In this document: positions 8,143 through 18,490 of the stretch, piece by piece
How positions within the stretch are numbered: the stretch's first letter is position 1
Layout of the letters: each line of letters begins with the position of its first letter
From: a virus
Virus record (IMG/VR): IMGVR_UViG_2802429139_000001
Reading direction: 5' to 3' (one strand)
DNA: 64,000 bases
The notes under the pieces: model-generated
Seen by the model: the letters and a program-made list of their open reading frames with translations, nothing else
What the model was told of the DNA's origin: nothing
The model's database searches: none
Translations under genes and position numbers: made by a program

Positions 8143-8463
8143 CTACCCCTGCCTTGAGACGGTGCCGAGAATCCAGACCAGACGCGGCTTTGGCGCGTCC
8201 GGGTAGACGACATAGACGCGGAATCGCGCCCCGGCTGGGATCGGCTCTAGATCATCGGCCTCGATGAAGAAGCTTGCGCCGGAGGTATCAACGTCGATAG
8301 ATGGCCAGATGCCCAGCGTCTCACTGAAATTGTGCGAATACATGTACAGCGTGACGGTGGTGCCAGCGGGGAGCGTATCACCCGCTGGCACGTCCCATCG
8401 GTGCACGAGGTCCTGGCCCTGAATGAGGTTGATGCGATCAACGATCGCGACATTACCTATCAT
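8143..8463 (-). CDS. Hypothetical protein (106 aa)
   Basis: Operon position. Confidence 0.45.
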   Translation of the reverse strand: MIGNVAIVDRINLIQGQDLVHRWDVPAGDTLPAGTTVTLYMYSHNFSETLGIWPSIDVDTSGASFFIEADDLEPIPAGARFRVYVVYPDAPKPRLVWILGTVSRQG

Positions 8464-8779
8464 TTCGGTGCCTTTTCGCTAGTTCCTGGTCCGATGCAAT
8501 ACGTTCGTCGCGTTCGGCATTGAGGTCTTCGCGAAGATTGCGGAACCCAGTGCGGACCTCAGAGCGGAAGTCGCCGAAGTCCTTTCGTATACCGCGAACG
8601 TCGTCTTTTACCTCGTCAAGGTCGGTGCGCATCGGTGTCTTATGACCGTTTTGGACCTGACCGCGAATGGCTTCCAACTGATTGCGCGTCTGCCGTTGGG
8701 ACAGCACGTAGGCAATGCCGATGATGCCGTAGGCGATCAAGTCCATCAGGTTGTCGGCTCCGATGCCGCTCCAGTTCAC
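8453..8779 (-). CDS. Membrane-anchored coiled-coil protein, lysis-cassette associated (108 aa)
   Basis: N-terminal TM helix (LIAYGIIGIAYVL) then charged coiled coil. Confidence 0.5.
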   Translation of the reverse strand: MNWSGIGADNLMDLIAYGIIGIAYVLSQRQTRNQLEAIRGQVQNGHKTPMRTDLDEVKDDVRGIRKDFGDFRSEVRTGFRNLREDLNAERDERIASDQELAKRHRNDR

Positions 8780-8780
8780 G

Positions 8781-8993
8781 TCAGAACAACCCGTCTCGCC
8801 GCTGCTCGTGCAGCACTCGACCGGCTACGCCGATCACTCCGAGCCCCAGCATTGTTCCGGCCATGTCCAGCAATGGCGGCACCGCTTCCTTGTCGATGAC
8901 ATTGGCAGCCGCAAGCCCCGTGAGAACAACGAAAGTAACGCCGTATAGCGCGATTCGCTGTGCGGATGTCAGCTTCTCACTCAGATTTGGCAT
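8781..8993 (-). CDS. Putative holin (70 aa, two TM segments)
   Basis: Two hydrophobic helices, directly downstream of lysB. Confidence 0.55.
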   Translation of the reverse strand: MPNLSEKLTSAQRIALYGVTFVVLTGLAAANVIDKEAVPPLLDMAGTMLGLGVIGVAGRVLHEQRRDGLF

Positions 8994-9014
8994 GATAGTT
9001 CCTCTCGTAATTCG

Positions 9015-10091
9015 CTATGCCGCAAGTGCTTTGCGGCCATATGCGTTCATCGAGTCGATGGCGTGCCGGACAGAGCTACGCCCTGAGCCGTCCATCACGT
9101 CATCAATCCCGTAGGTGCCGTGATCGCGCGCACCGGATGCCGCGAATCGGATCGCGATACCAGCGGCGCGTGCGGCGTCGATCAGGTTCAGCGGGTTGCC
9201 CAACAGCTCGGTAATCTGCTCAACCAGACCACCCTTCCCGGTCAATGCCGCCACCACGTCTGTGGCCATCTGGAATGGGTCGTGAATCTGGAGACGTGTC
9301 AGCACGTCATAGACGGCTGTAATGTCGTCACCAGCATCACCTTTCGGCACGGCTGTATACATATCGCCAGCGTGCGCGTAATCGTGCCAGGTGGACGGCG
9401 TGCCTTCGATTCGTCTCGGGGAGATGCCGCGGCCCGGTAGCGTGTCACCGGGCCATGCGTGGTTCTCTTCGCGGGACGGATTGCCGAAGGTGTAGCCGCC
9501 GGCCAGATCCGCGAGGCGATGCGACAACGAGCCACCGTGGATGACCTCACGCAACAGTAGCGACGCCGCCTCGGCACCCTGCGAGTAGCCGCCGAGCATG
9601 AACTTCCCTGGCGTGGCGGCGATCCGCTTGATGCCAGCGCGTACGGCGACCTCGACTGATTCCTGGTAAGACAGCGACGTGATACCCGTGACTGGTCCCC
9701 CGGGGATGGGGCCGAAGCTGGCCGGGTAGTCGATCGGTACCCAGGTGAAGAACCCGGGGTCAAGGCCGCGCGCCACGTCGGCCTGGAAACCCCAGTCCGC
9801 AGCAGACCAGGTACCAGCGAACGTGTACACGGTAATGCGCTGCCACGGCAGCGGTTTGAGCCCATAAAGCCGCATCCGAGTCGCGTAGTTGGCGATACCG
9901 ACCGCCGGCAGTCCAACATTCTTCTGGAACTGGATCAGCACACGCTCAGTTAGCTCATCGAAGTAGTCGCCGTGGGTCATGCCCATGTCGCGCGCCCAGC
10001 GGAATTTCTCAGTGAGGTAGTACCGGACTCGTTCAACCTCGGGCCCCTGATCGCCCTCGCCGTAGCCGACGAACTGACCGTTAACGATCAC
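9015..10091 (-). CDS. lysB: Lysin B, mycolylarabinogalactan esterase
   Basis: GYSQG serine-esterase motif; position after lysin A. Confidence 0.85.
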   Translation of the reverse strand: MIVNGQFVGYGEGDQGPEVERVRYYLTEKFRWARDMGMTHGDYFDELTERVLIQFQKNVGLPAVGIANYATRMRLYGLKPLPWQRITVYTFAGTWSAADWGFQADVARGLDPGFFTWVPIDYPASFGPIPGGPVTGITSLSYQESVEVAVRAGIKRIAATPGKFMLGGYSQGAEAASLLLREVIHGGSLSHRLADLAGGYTFGNPSREENHAWPGDTLPGRGISPRRIEGTPSTWHDYAHAGDMYTAVPKGDAGDDITAVYDVLTRLQIHDPFQMATDVVAALTGKGGLVEQITELLGNPLNLIDAARAAGIAIRFAASGARDHGTYGIDDVMDGSGRSSVRHAIDSMNAYGRKALAA

Positions 10092-11548
10092 TTCTCACCC
10101 CTGACCTTGGCCAGGATGCGGCGGGCTAGCTCGGCGTCCCGCTGCCGATCCGGGTACTCGTCGGGGTCGGCCCCGGCAATCTCCTCCAGCAGATCGATCG
10201 CCTTGGCGTCGCCATACTCGGCGCGCTTCTCGATAGCCTCGACGTGACTGTTGGCGTCCATCACCCGGATGTATCCGCGTACGTTGTTCGCCTTCTTCTC
10301 GCCGAGATGGCGCAGCGGGGAGAGCGATTCCACGATCTCCTGTTGCTCGCGCACGAAGTTGAGAATTTCGCGCTGTTCGTCGTCGGATAGTGCCATGAGG
10401 AAACCTCCTGTTTTGGAGCCGATTTGGCGCTGAACGTCGGCACGGAAGATGTCCATGTCGATCTGGCCGGGGTCCCACTTGCCCTCGTCGGTCTGTGGGT
10501 CGCCGTCGTCGTATTCCTTGTGTGAGATGCTTCGGCTGGCATCGACGCCAAGGCGACGGTTGATCGCGGCGTTGATCTTGACCAGCGTCTCGTATTGGGC
10601 ATTGGGCCACGAGCTGCGGTGGCGCAGGGGCAGATCAGATGAACCGCCACCGTCGTTCTGGCATTCGATGCCGATGGTCCGCCGATTGCCCGTTCCGGGT
10701 CTCAGATCGCCGTACGCACCCGTTCCGGCGTGCCAGCACACACCGACAGCGACCAACTCGGCCACGCCGTCACGGCGCAAATGGATGTGTGAGAGCGGCC
10801 CTTTCAGATCCGGCCGCCCATTCCAGATGGATTGCCATGTGGATTCGTTGCTTCCGGTGTGGTGGTTGACGACGCCCCAGAGCGAGCCCATGTCGCCGTG
10901 GCCGCGCGCTAGCCAGCTCACATCGCCTATCGAGCACTCGACGACGGTCACACCCTCGGCGCGCAGTACGTCGGCCAGCCATACCGGGTCGCCCGTCCAC
11001 GGTCCCGAGGGTTGTTCCGGCTCGCCGGGGTTGCCACTGACGGCGCGGTCATAGACCTCGTTGGCCTCGCGCCAGCGCTCGTCGTAGCGGTCCGGGAACG
11101 CTGAGCGCTGCACGTCTTGAGCCATCCGGCCGGGTGAACGGGAGTTAGTGCGGTAGTCGTACGGCAGACGCAATAGCGCCTCTAGGAACATGCGTGAGGA
11201 CTCGCGAATGTCCATGCGGCGGAACGCACCGACCGGGTCACCGAAGAGACCGCCCCAGCCCCAGTTGGCACCCTTGGGTGCCTGCTGCTGAAAGTACCCT
11301 GAGGAGTAGCCGTCGTCTCCCTCGGCGTCGTGCAGCAGCGCCAGGCATTGCGGGTCCTTGACGTTGGCGAAGCACCACCAGCCATACTCACCAGAGTCGG
11401 GGTTGGTCGTGCCGACCTCAACGGCGATCGTGGCGAGCGCGATCTTGACGCCCTTGGGTTCGACGCCGAGCATCGCGGCCACTGAGATCACCTCGCGCGC
11501 AATCTCTTCGCGAGTCAGCATCGGCTTGGAGCGAGTGAATCGCATCAT
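10088..11548 (-). CDS. lysA: Lysin A endolysin (N-terminal hydrolase domain + amidase_2 + C-terminal domain)
   Basis: GYFQQQ N-domain, HHTGSNE...HKEYDDG amidase-2-like motifs. Confidence 0.85.
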   Translation of the reverse strand: MMRFTRSKPMLTREEIAREVISVAAMLGVEPKGVKIALATIAVEVGTTNPDSGEYGWWCFANVKDPQCLALLHDAEGDDGYSSGYFQQQAPKGANWGWGGLFGDPVGAFRRMDIRESSRMFLEALLRLPYDYRTNSRSPGRMAQDVQRSAFPDRYDERWREANEVYDRAVSGNPGEPEQPSGPWTGDPVWLADVLRAEGVTVVECSIGDVSWLARGHGDMGSLWGVVNHHTGSNESTWQSIWNGRPDLKGPLSHIHLRRDGVAELVAVGVCWHAGTGAYGDLRPGTGNRRTIGIECQNDGGGSSDLPLRHRSSWPNAQYETLVKINAAINRRLGVDASRSISHKEYDDGDPQTDEGKWDPGQIDMDIFRADVQRQIGSKTGGFLMALSDDEQREILNFVREQQEIVESLSPLRHLGEKKANNVRGYIRVMDANSHVEAIEKRAEYGDAKAIDLLEEIAGADPDEYPDRQRDAELARRILAKVRGEK

Positions 11549-11552
11549 CTGG

Positions 11553-11693
11553 TCACCATCCGTACTTCCCTTTCACAAGGCGCGGGTCCTTCTTCTCGCC
11601 GGGCGAGTAGAACCGAGTGATCACGACGAAAGTGATTGCCGCCGTTATCCCCGCGATACTCACTAGCCCAAGGCCGAACAGCGCGGCCTTCAT
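11553..11693 (-). CDS. Small membrane peptide (46 aa) immediately upstream of lysA
   Basis: ORF below track cutoff; starts right after stop of upstream gene; single TM helix. Confidence 0.35.
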   Translation of the reverse strand: MKAALFGLGLVSIAGITAAITFVVITRFYSPGEKKDPRLVKGKYGW

Positions 11694-11972
11694 TTACGGC
11701 CGCTTAAATCGCAGAAAGTCGGGCAGGAACGACGGCAGCAGGTTGGCCAGCCGTTGCGCCAGGCCATCGAGCACCACGTCATCGATCTTCCACGGGGTCA
11801 CGTTGGTCATGTTGTCGATGATTTTCGGAAGCGCCGCAGCAATTTTCGCTGTGAGAATGTCCGCGAACCTGTCTGCGAGCTTGTCAAGCAGTTCGGGCCG
11901 CTCCTCGAAATATTCCTGGGCAGCTTCTAGCGCCACAGTGACGATCGACTTGCCGAGCGACCGCGGGTTCAT
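11694..11972 (-). CDS. Hypothetical protein
   Basis: ATGA overlap with upstream gene. Confidence 0.45.
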   Translation of the reverse strand: MNPRSLGKSIVTVALEAAQEYFEERPELLDKLADRFADILTAKIAAALPKIIDNMTNVTPWKIDDVVLDGLAQRLANLLPSFLPDFLRFKRP

Positions 11973-12376
11973 AGCTTGAAAATCTTGTTCGCGCCGTTGT
12001 CCCAAACGATGTTGATGTCACCACCGTTGGGCGAAACGGGAAGGCCTGTCGCCGTGTCGATGTATGCAATCAGCGGGGACGTGGCCGCACTGCCCGTGTC
12101 CTTGATGAGAACGACCGCCTCAACGCTCGCACCCGATACCGCCGGGTGCGTAACGTCGGCCGCATCGCAGACACCAGCGGTCGCGGTCTTGGAGCCCAAC
12201 GCTGCTGAGGTGGCGATGCGTGCACCGGCTGCAATATCCGAAAGAAACTGATGTGTCGCAAGATTGACCGTGTACGCGCCGGTGTCCACCAGGACAGCCT
12301 TGATCGTGTCACCGGTCCAGTTGATGCCACCGGTCGCGAACGCTTCACGGCCCTTGTCGTACAGTGCATTTGCCAT
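11969..12376 (-). CDS. Minor tail/hypothetical protein (135 aa)
   Basis: AAGGTGG RBS before ATG at 12376. Confidence 0.5.
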   Translation of the reverse strand: MANALYDKGREAFATGGINWTGDTIKAVLVDTGAYTVNLATHQFLSDIAAGARIATSAALGSKTATAGVCDAADVTHPAVSGASVEAVVLIKDTGSAATSPLIAYIDTATGLPVSPNGGDINIVWDNGANKIFKL

Positions 12377-12453
12377 TGTGATTTCCACCTTCTTTTGCGC
12401 AGGGCTAACGCCCGGATCAGAGGTGAGCCGGGTGCGTGGAGGGAACTCGCGAG

Positions 12454-14199
12454 CTAGCTGAGTACGACGGCCATGGCACCCCAATTGATAGAGGTGTTTG
12501 CGAGCTTGAAAGTTGTTGTGTCAGAGGCAACATTCATAATTAGGTAAATCTGAGATGCCCCCTGGGAAAGGAACAATGCGCCACCGCCCTCGGTCCCTGT
12601 GGGAGCCGTGGAGGTGCCAAAAACCTGGAGGATCATCTGACCCGCAGTGCAGGTCACAGCCTGTGTCGGTTGCGATGAAGTACCCGAGGTCTTAGTTACG
12701 GTTCCTGACGGGGATGTGACACCGGACAGCGCGACTCCTGCCATGCGCCACCAACCGCTGCCAGTGGCCGTCACCGAAATGGTCTTGGTGCCCGCCGATC
12801 CCATGGCTGATGCGCTCCGGTAGATCTTGATGAACCCGGTGCCCACGCCTGATGTGAAGGTCTGGGTATCCAGGAGAGTCATGGCAGCGCCGGCACAAGT
12901 GACCGAAGACGGGTTGCCTGCGCGGTCTTGCACGACGGCGCAGTACACGTAATCACCTACTGCGGCATAGACATCGAAGGTGGAGGTGCCGCCGTTACTT
13001 TCTGACGTAGTGCCGTAGCTGCATCCGAGAGTCACCCCAGACTGTGTGGCGGGCTGAAGCGGGACAGCCAGCGCGGCCCAGTTTCGCGACGCGCTCAGTG
13101 AGCCCGTAAATGATGTGTCGGCGTCTGTATCTCTGACCGATTGAGTCAGGAATCCAGCGTTATCGAGATAGCGACTTGCGCCGCCCGTGAGACTCGACAG
13201 GGTGGTGCTGTTCTCGCCGGGCGTGAACGCGTGCACCGTTCTGCCGTTCAGGGGCACCGTGACTGATTGTGAGAAGGTGGTACCGATGCCTGTCGTCTGT
13301 TTGGCCGGGCCGTATCCCTGGACACCCGTGTAGGACGCGGCCACTACCTGGCCCCAACTGAATCCGGCCTTGTTGATGTTGACGGTTGCACTGCCAACGG
13401 CGACATTGCGAATCAGATACGCGCCCATGACAACACCACCGTTGAGTGCCTGGCCAAGGCAGATCATCGGCAAGTTGCTCGCACCGTACGTGGCGCTGAG
13501 GGGGCCGATGCTGCCCACCGAGTAGAAGGCCAGCACATCCGCCCCAGCGGCGGGACTGATGGTGCATGAGGTTGGCGAGCCGGTCGTTTCTGATCCGACG
13601 CCCACCGTGTCGAAAACGACCAAAGCCGTCTGTGTTATCGCGGGTGCACCGAACGCCTCCGCTGATGCAATTCCCGTAGTGGCGATGGTCATCGCGCCAC
13701 GGGTGAGTGTCGTCGCGCCGAACGCCTCGGCGCTGACGATGCTGGTCGGGGCGACGTTGCGGCTTATTTGCGGGCTGGGTACCGCCTCGGCTGATGGAAT
13801 GCCAGCGGTGACGATGACGACGTGGGAGAGCTTCGCCGTGCCGAAAGCCTCTGCCGATGGAATACCCGTGGGGGTCACCGTTACGGGTCCCACGGTGAAC
13901 ACGGGTGTGCCGAAAGCCTCTGCCGACGGAATCGCAACGGGGTTGAATGTGTTGCGCAGCAGTGCTGTACCGAAAGCCTCCCCTGACGGGATGCCGGTGG
14001 GGTACGTGAACTGCGGGAACGTGACCAGCGGTGAGCCGATCGCCTCGCCCGATGGAATGCTGGCGGGGCGCAGGTTGTAGACCAGTTTCACCAGTTCGGG
14101 TGTTCCGAACGCCTCCGCCGAAGCGATCGACGGAACCGATAGACCGAATCGTCCGTACCATTGGCCCCCTGAACTCTTGACCGGGAAGCCCTGGGGCAT
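12454..14199 (-). CDS. Minor tail protein with seven tandem ~22-aa repeats (IPSAEAFGTP...)
   Basis: Repeat units visible in translation; tail module position. Confidence 0.7.
   Translation of the reverse strand: MPQGFPVKSSGGQWYGRFGLSVPSIASAEAFGTPELVKLVYNLRPASIPSGEAIGSPLVTFPQFTYPTGIPSGEAFGTALLRNTFNPVAIPSAEAFGTPVFTVGPVTVTPTGIPSAEAFGTAKLSHVVIVTAGIPSAEAVPSPQISRNVAPTSIVSAEAFGATTLTRGAMTIATTGIASAEAFGAPAITQTALVVFDTVGVGSETTGSPTSCTISPAAGADVLAFYSVGSIGPLSATYGASNLPMICLGQALNGGVVMGAYLIRNVAVGSATVNINKAGFSWGQVVAASYTGVQGYGPAKQTTGIGTTFSQSVTVPLNGRTVHAFTPGENSTTLSSLTGGASRYLDNAGFLTQSVRDTDADTSFTGSLSASRNWAALAVPLQPATQSGVTLGCSYGTTSESNGGTSTFDVYAAVGDYVYCAVVQDRAGNPSSVTCAGAAMTLLDTQTFTSGVGTGFIKIYRSASAMGSAGTKTISVTATGSGWWRMAGVALSGVTSPSGTVTKTSGTSSQPTQAVTCTAGQMILQVFGTSTAPTGTEGGGALFLSQGASQIYLIMNVASDTTTFKLANTSINWGAMAVVLS
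13600..14080 (-). repeat. Tandem in-frame ~66-72 bp coding repeats inside the minor tail gene
   Basis: Recurring CCGAA(A/C)GCCTC(C/G)GC(T/C)GA(T/C)GG(A/C)AT units on plus strand. Confidence 0.5.
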
Positions 14200-16334
14200 C
14201 AGGCAGTCCTTATCGCGCAGAAGCCGGAACCGCCCGGACGTCCACCGTTGGCCGATCCACCCACGCCGCCCTCACCGCCGCCACCGCCACCACCAGGCGA
14301 ATTGCCATTGGTGTCCATTGCCGCCGCGAGACCGCCCACGAAGAGCCGACCAAAGAACGGGTAGTTCACCTGGGCTTCGCCAACCGGGTCGCGGTTGAAA
14401 AACCCGCCGTATGCCAGTCGGCCACCCACACCGCCGGGGATGTTCAGTAGAACCGTGACTGGACTACCTGCGAAGTGAACATTCAGCGCACCGCCTGCGC
14501 TGCCGTTCTGCTCCCTACCGGGAGCGCCTGCACCGCCAGATGGGAGGTAGATCTCCAACTCGGTGACATCCCAGGGGATGCCAACACCGCGCTCTAGACT
14601 TACCGCCGCCCACAGCCCGCGGCGTCCACCTTCACCCGGCTTGTTCCAGCCACCGTCACCGCCACCACCGCCGCCACCAGCGCTAGACCCAATGATGTAG
14701 ATGTAGCGAGCGTCGGTGGGAATCAGGAAGGAATGCGTGCCTGGTGTTGAGAAGTCTGTCCACGGTGAATCCAGAAGCGTCTCACCGAGTGCACCCCAGG
14801 CGGGCGCGGACTCGGACCGAACGATCGCGCCGGAGATAGACCCGGGAAGCCCGCTGCCTGTGTTGTTCTTCTCTGTGGGGTAGGTCGGCAATGGCTGCAC
14901 AACCTCTGTCACCTGCAGCAATGAAGGGGTGGTGAACATTTGGCCAGCAGTGCCACCAACCTGTCGTACCGCGATGAATACGGTTTCGCCGCGACCGACT
15001 CCAACACCGCCGGGGATAGCGAATGTCTGCACTTTGGATGCGGTCAGGCTCGACTTCTTATCACCGAGATTCACTGCCAGGGTGAGTGTTCCGTCTGTCT
15101 CGATCTTGTAGACGCCGACATAGCAATTGGTCATTGCCGAGCCGACGAGCCCGAACTTCAGCGCCTTATAGACCCGATCCGTGTCTGGCGTGATAGGGAT
15201 GTAAGTGATGTCATTCAGCGCGGGGGTAAACATCGACTGCGCTGAAATGATTGGGAACGAAACGTCATCGTGAGTTCCGGTCGAGATCCATCGAGGACTG
15301 CGCCGAGGCCGGATGACCATCGATGCCGCGAACTGGGCATTCGCATTGGCGTCACTGGCTACTGATGTGACATGTCCAGCAGCAGCTTTCACATCATCCG
15401 GCGTCTTGCCGATGGCGTTGCCACCAAACACACCATTCCAGAAGCTATTCCAGGTGTTTTGGATGTCTTCACCGATGTTGCTTCCACCCTCTAGGATACT
15501 TTGCAGATCCAGTGGATTGATCTTGTTTATCATGTGTGGCAACACATTTGAGAACCACACATCCCCCGAAGTCGCACCAGAATCGAGCATAAGGAGCGGC
15601 GCTGCATACGCCACTCCGCTCTCGACTTTCCAGGGCTGAGACGGCATGGCCTGCCAGATGCCGTTGGCTGCGGGGGGTTGCAATTGACCAGTGATCACGT
15701 CGGGCAACGGGTTCTTGTTCGCATCCCAGGTTGCGAAACCAACCTTGATGGGATTCGTCCCCGGTGTGGCGGTCAGGCTCGACCACATCATGCCCGCGGG
15801 TAGCTCAAGTATCTGTCCGGGAACCACATTGAATATCTCTGAGCGTGCCGACTGCTGGGTTCCGTTGGCGGTCATCTTGGCCGACCCGCCCGACTGCCAG
15901 CCGGGCTTAGTGGGGTCCCACTGGAGGAATGGGTTGCCACTCACGCTCAGCGCATTGAGGAACTGGCCAGCGCCGCTGATCAGGTCTTCGATGACATCAG
16001 AAATCCAAGAACGCGGAATCGTCCCCCGGAAGACGATCGACAGCAGATCACCGATGATGGGAATCTGAAACAGCGCGTCCAGTGCCTCCTCGGCAGACGG
16101 GAATATCGCAAACGGGTTGCCGATCAGTTTGCGAATCAAAGCCGTTAGCATCGCCAGGCTGTGTGGCATACCCGTCGGAAGGCCGCCGAAGAACCCGCCC
16201 GTGAACTGATCCAGCGCCGTCTGATAGGGCGCGTTGTACTTGTTGCGCCAGTCGATCTCGGTCATCTCCGCCCATGCGGCCAGGCTGTCGTAATTGGCCG
16301 CCTGCTCGGGGTTGAGCTGATCGGGCTGGGTCAC
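14199..16334 (-). CDS. Minor tail protein with glycine-rich C-terminus
   Basis: GGGGGGDGGW and GGGGGGGEGGVGG runs typical of actinophage minor tail proteins. Confidence 0.75.
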   Translation of the reverse strand: MTQPDQLNPEQAANYDSLAAWAEMTEIDWRNKYNAPYQTALDQFTGGFFGGLPTGMPHSLAMLTALIRKLIGNPFAIFPSAEEALDALFQIPIIGDLLSIVFRGTIPRSWISDVIEDLISGAGQFLNALSVSGNPFLQWDPTKPGWQSGGSAKMTANGTQQSARSEIFNVVPGQILELPAGMMWSSLTATPGTNPIKVGFATWDANKNPLPDVITGQLQPPAANGIWQAMPSQPWKVESGVAYAAPLLMLDSGATSGDVWFSNVLPHMINKINPLDLQSILEGGSNIGEDIQNTWNSFWNGVFGGNAIGKTPDDVKAAAGHVTSVASDANANAQFAASMVIRPRRSPRWISTGTHDDVSFPIISAQSMFTPALNDITYIPITPDTDRVYKALKFGLVGSAMTNCYVGVYKIETDGTLTLAVNLGDKKSSLTASKVQTFAIPGGVGVGRGETVFIAVRQVGGTAGQMFTTPSLLQVTEVVQPLPTYPTEKNNTGSGLPGSISGAIVRSESAPAWGALGETLLDSPWTDFSTPGTHSFLIPTDARYIYIIGSSAGGGGGGGDGGWNKPGEGGRRGLWAAVSLERGVGIPWDVTELEIYLPSGGAGAPGREQNGSAGGALNVHFAGSPVTVLLNIPGGVGGRLAYGGFFNRDPVGEAQVNYPFFGRLFVGGLAAAMDTNGNSPGGGGGGGEGGVGGSANGGRPGGSGFCAIRTA

Positions 16335-16762
16335 AGCTCGCCCGTCTCCCGCTTCTTGAGCAGGCGCTCAAGTAGTTCGGCCTGCTGTAGGCGCGACAGC
16401 TTGTTGATCGCCACGTCGGCTGGATGCTCCTCCTCGACAGGCGTTTCCAGCGGCACCCACTGCCCCGGTGAGGTCATCCAGTGCGGTCCGTTGGCCTTGG
16501 GTGGAATCCACTTCTTGACCGGTTCGCGCACCAGGCCCGAGCCGCATTCGTATAGGTGCTCAGAGACCGCCATGTTGTAGCCGATAGGCATCACGAGCTG
16601 AGCGCCGACGACACCAGGCAGCGCGACGAGCATCCATAGGAACATCTCGCGCGGGTTCTCAAGGTCGCAATTCTCGCGTGTGGGAAAGCCTTTGGAGAAC
16701 TCGTAGTCTTGAGCGTTGGCACCGTTCATCCCAAAGTTGGGATTCATCGCGGGCATCGTCAC
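16331..16762 (-). CDS. Hypothetical tail-associated protein
   Basis: Operon position. Confidence 0.5.
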   Translation of the reverse strand: MTMPAMNPNFGMNGANAQDYEFSKGFPTRENCDLENPREMFLWMLVALPGVVGAQLVMPIGYNMAVSEHLYECGSGLVREPVKKWIPPKANGPHWMTSPGQWVPLETPVEEEHPADVAINKLSRLQQAELLERLLKKRETGEL

Positions 16763-18490
16763 CTAGTACACTCCCAGATCTCGCAGGGCGGCGACGATGG
16801 ACTCGATCTTGCCCCAGGCCCGCTGTGCCGGGTCCTGTAGCGCGCGTTCGTCGCCGATGGTTAGTTGCCACTCGGGTGGGGTCTCTTCGTCCCACTTGAG
16901 GTCTATGCGCCGACACCGATCCATCTGGATTCGGTTCCGGGTGTCGTTGCGTAGAGCGATACCTACGCGATCGTCCAGGAAGAAGTGACCAAGGCCGCTG
17001 TCGCCCACCATGAACGGCGCACCGTCCACCACCGACACCTTGCAACTGATGGTTGTCTTCGTCGCCCAGAAGCCAGCGCGAAGCACCATCAGAGCTGCGA
17101 TGGTGTACGCCTTATTCGCGCCATCCTGGAAGTACTCGAAATATCGAGACCAGCCCGAATTCTGCGCCCGCTGAGTTGATTTGACGCTCCACCAGGCCAG
17201 AACCGTGTCTTCGTACAACGGCTTGACCAGCGTGTCCACAGTGCCACCCAGGGACCCGATCTGGGCGATTCCACCGAGAATGTCAAAACCTGCCTGGATC
17301 GATGCACTGATGGCCTCATTCACGCCAGGCATACTGTGACCACCGACGTTCACCTGAATACCCTTGGCGGGCGACACCGTGAATTCTGATGTCTGGATTG
17401 GTGATTGGTCACCGTCGCGGTAGATGACGTACGGCATCTCCTTGCGGGTCAGCCGCAAGCCGGGGATGAAATAGTCCTCGGGGATGTCATTATCGGCGAT
17501 CAGATCATCGGTCGAGTCAATGAAATCGTCCGCAAATTCGGCTGCGGTGCGGAACAATCCATCGAACATCGAGCCGCCATGCGATGTTCCGATCATCACG
17601 CCGGACTTATCGACGATGTCGATGACCAGGGTCCCGCTGCGCAGCTTGGCACCCGGCCACGGCTCTGGGTCGCCCTCTAGCCAGCGGCGGCACACAACGC
17701 TGTATTCGGCATCCTCCAGCATGATCTTCGCCATGTCGTGCCAGTTGGCCCAGCGCGACGACACCATGCCCCAGACAGCACCGCTGGCCATTGCCTCGAA
17801 GAATGAGGTCGGCTTGACGACGATGCTCCAGGTCGACTGGTCGAGTCCGCTGAACCAGCTCGCCAGATTCAGCGGATCATCGGGAATCGTTATGAGCGGG
17901 TTATGTTCCCGGAAGAACTGGAGGAACAGACTCATTTTCAAAATCCACGGCACGGGGCCAGCTAGGATGAAAGCCCTGGGGGCCTGAAATGCCGCCGGTA
18001 GGAATGGGTTACTCCAGACGGAGTACCATTTCAGGTTCTCGTAGTCGTGAAGCCAAGTGACGCTTAGTGTTTGATCGCCGTCCTCGTCTGACTTGAGTGT
18101 CGCCTTGTCGAGACGCCCTGACCAGCGGGCACCGCAATAGTCCACGGTGATGTGGACGTTGCGCTTCTCTCCGCGATCCATGCGGCCCTGCATGTCGTGA
18201 ATCCACTGCGCCACTTCTGACGTGAACGGGATGTCTGTCTGGCCGGGGCCAGAGTCGTTGGAGATAAACGAGAATTCAGCCCGGTACTCGGTGGCCAGGA
18301 CGTGATGTAGTTCCCATTCGCCATCGAAGATGCGAACGACCGGCGGCTGACGGCGAAGTCTGACCTCGGCGCGCTCTTGCTTGATTGTCTCGTCCCAGAT
18401 CGCCTCGCATTGCGCGCGCAGGTCTAGGTTGTCGAAGTCGAGCTGAATGGGTTCGTAGTCGAGTACGGCGGTGGCGTCGTTGACGCTCAC
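16763..18490 (-). CDS. Minor tail protein (575 aa)
   Basis: Position downstream of tape measure and Dit-like gene. Confidence 0.7.
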   Translation of the reverse strand: MSVNDATAVLDYEPIQLDFDNLDLRAQCEAIWDETIKQERAEVRLRRQPPVVRIFDGEWELHHVLATEYRAEFSFISNDSGPGQTDIPFTSEVAQWIHDMQGRMDRGEKRNVHITVDYCGARWSGRLDKATLKSDEDGDQTLSVTWLHDYENLKWYSVWSNPFLPAAFQAPRAFILAGPVPWILKMSLFLQFFREHNPLITIPDDPLNLASWFSGLDQSTWSIVVKPTSFFEAMASGAVWGMVSSRWANWHDMAKIMLEDAEYSVVCRRWLEGDPEPWPGAKLRSGTLVIDIVDKSGVMIGTSHGGSMFDGLFRTAAEFADDFIDSTDDLIADNDIPEDYFIPGLRLTRKEMPYVIYRDGDQSPIQTSEFTVSPAKGIQVNVGGHSMPGVNEAISASIQAGFDILGGIAQIGSLGGTVDTLVKPLYEDTVLAWWSVKSTQRAQNSGWSRYFEYFQDGANKAYTIAALMVLRAGFWATKTTISCKVSVVDGAPFMVGDSGLGHFFLDDRVGIALRNDTRNRIQMDRCRRIDLKWDEETPPEWQLTIGDERALQDPAQRAWGKIESIVAALRDLGVY

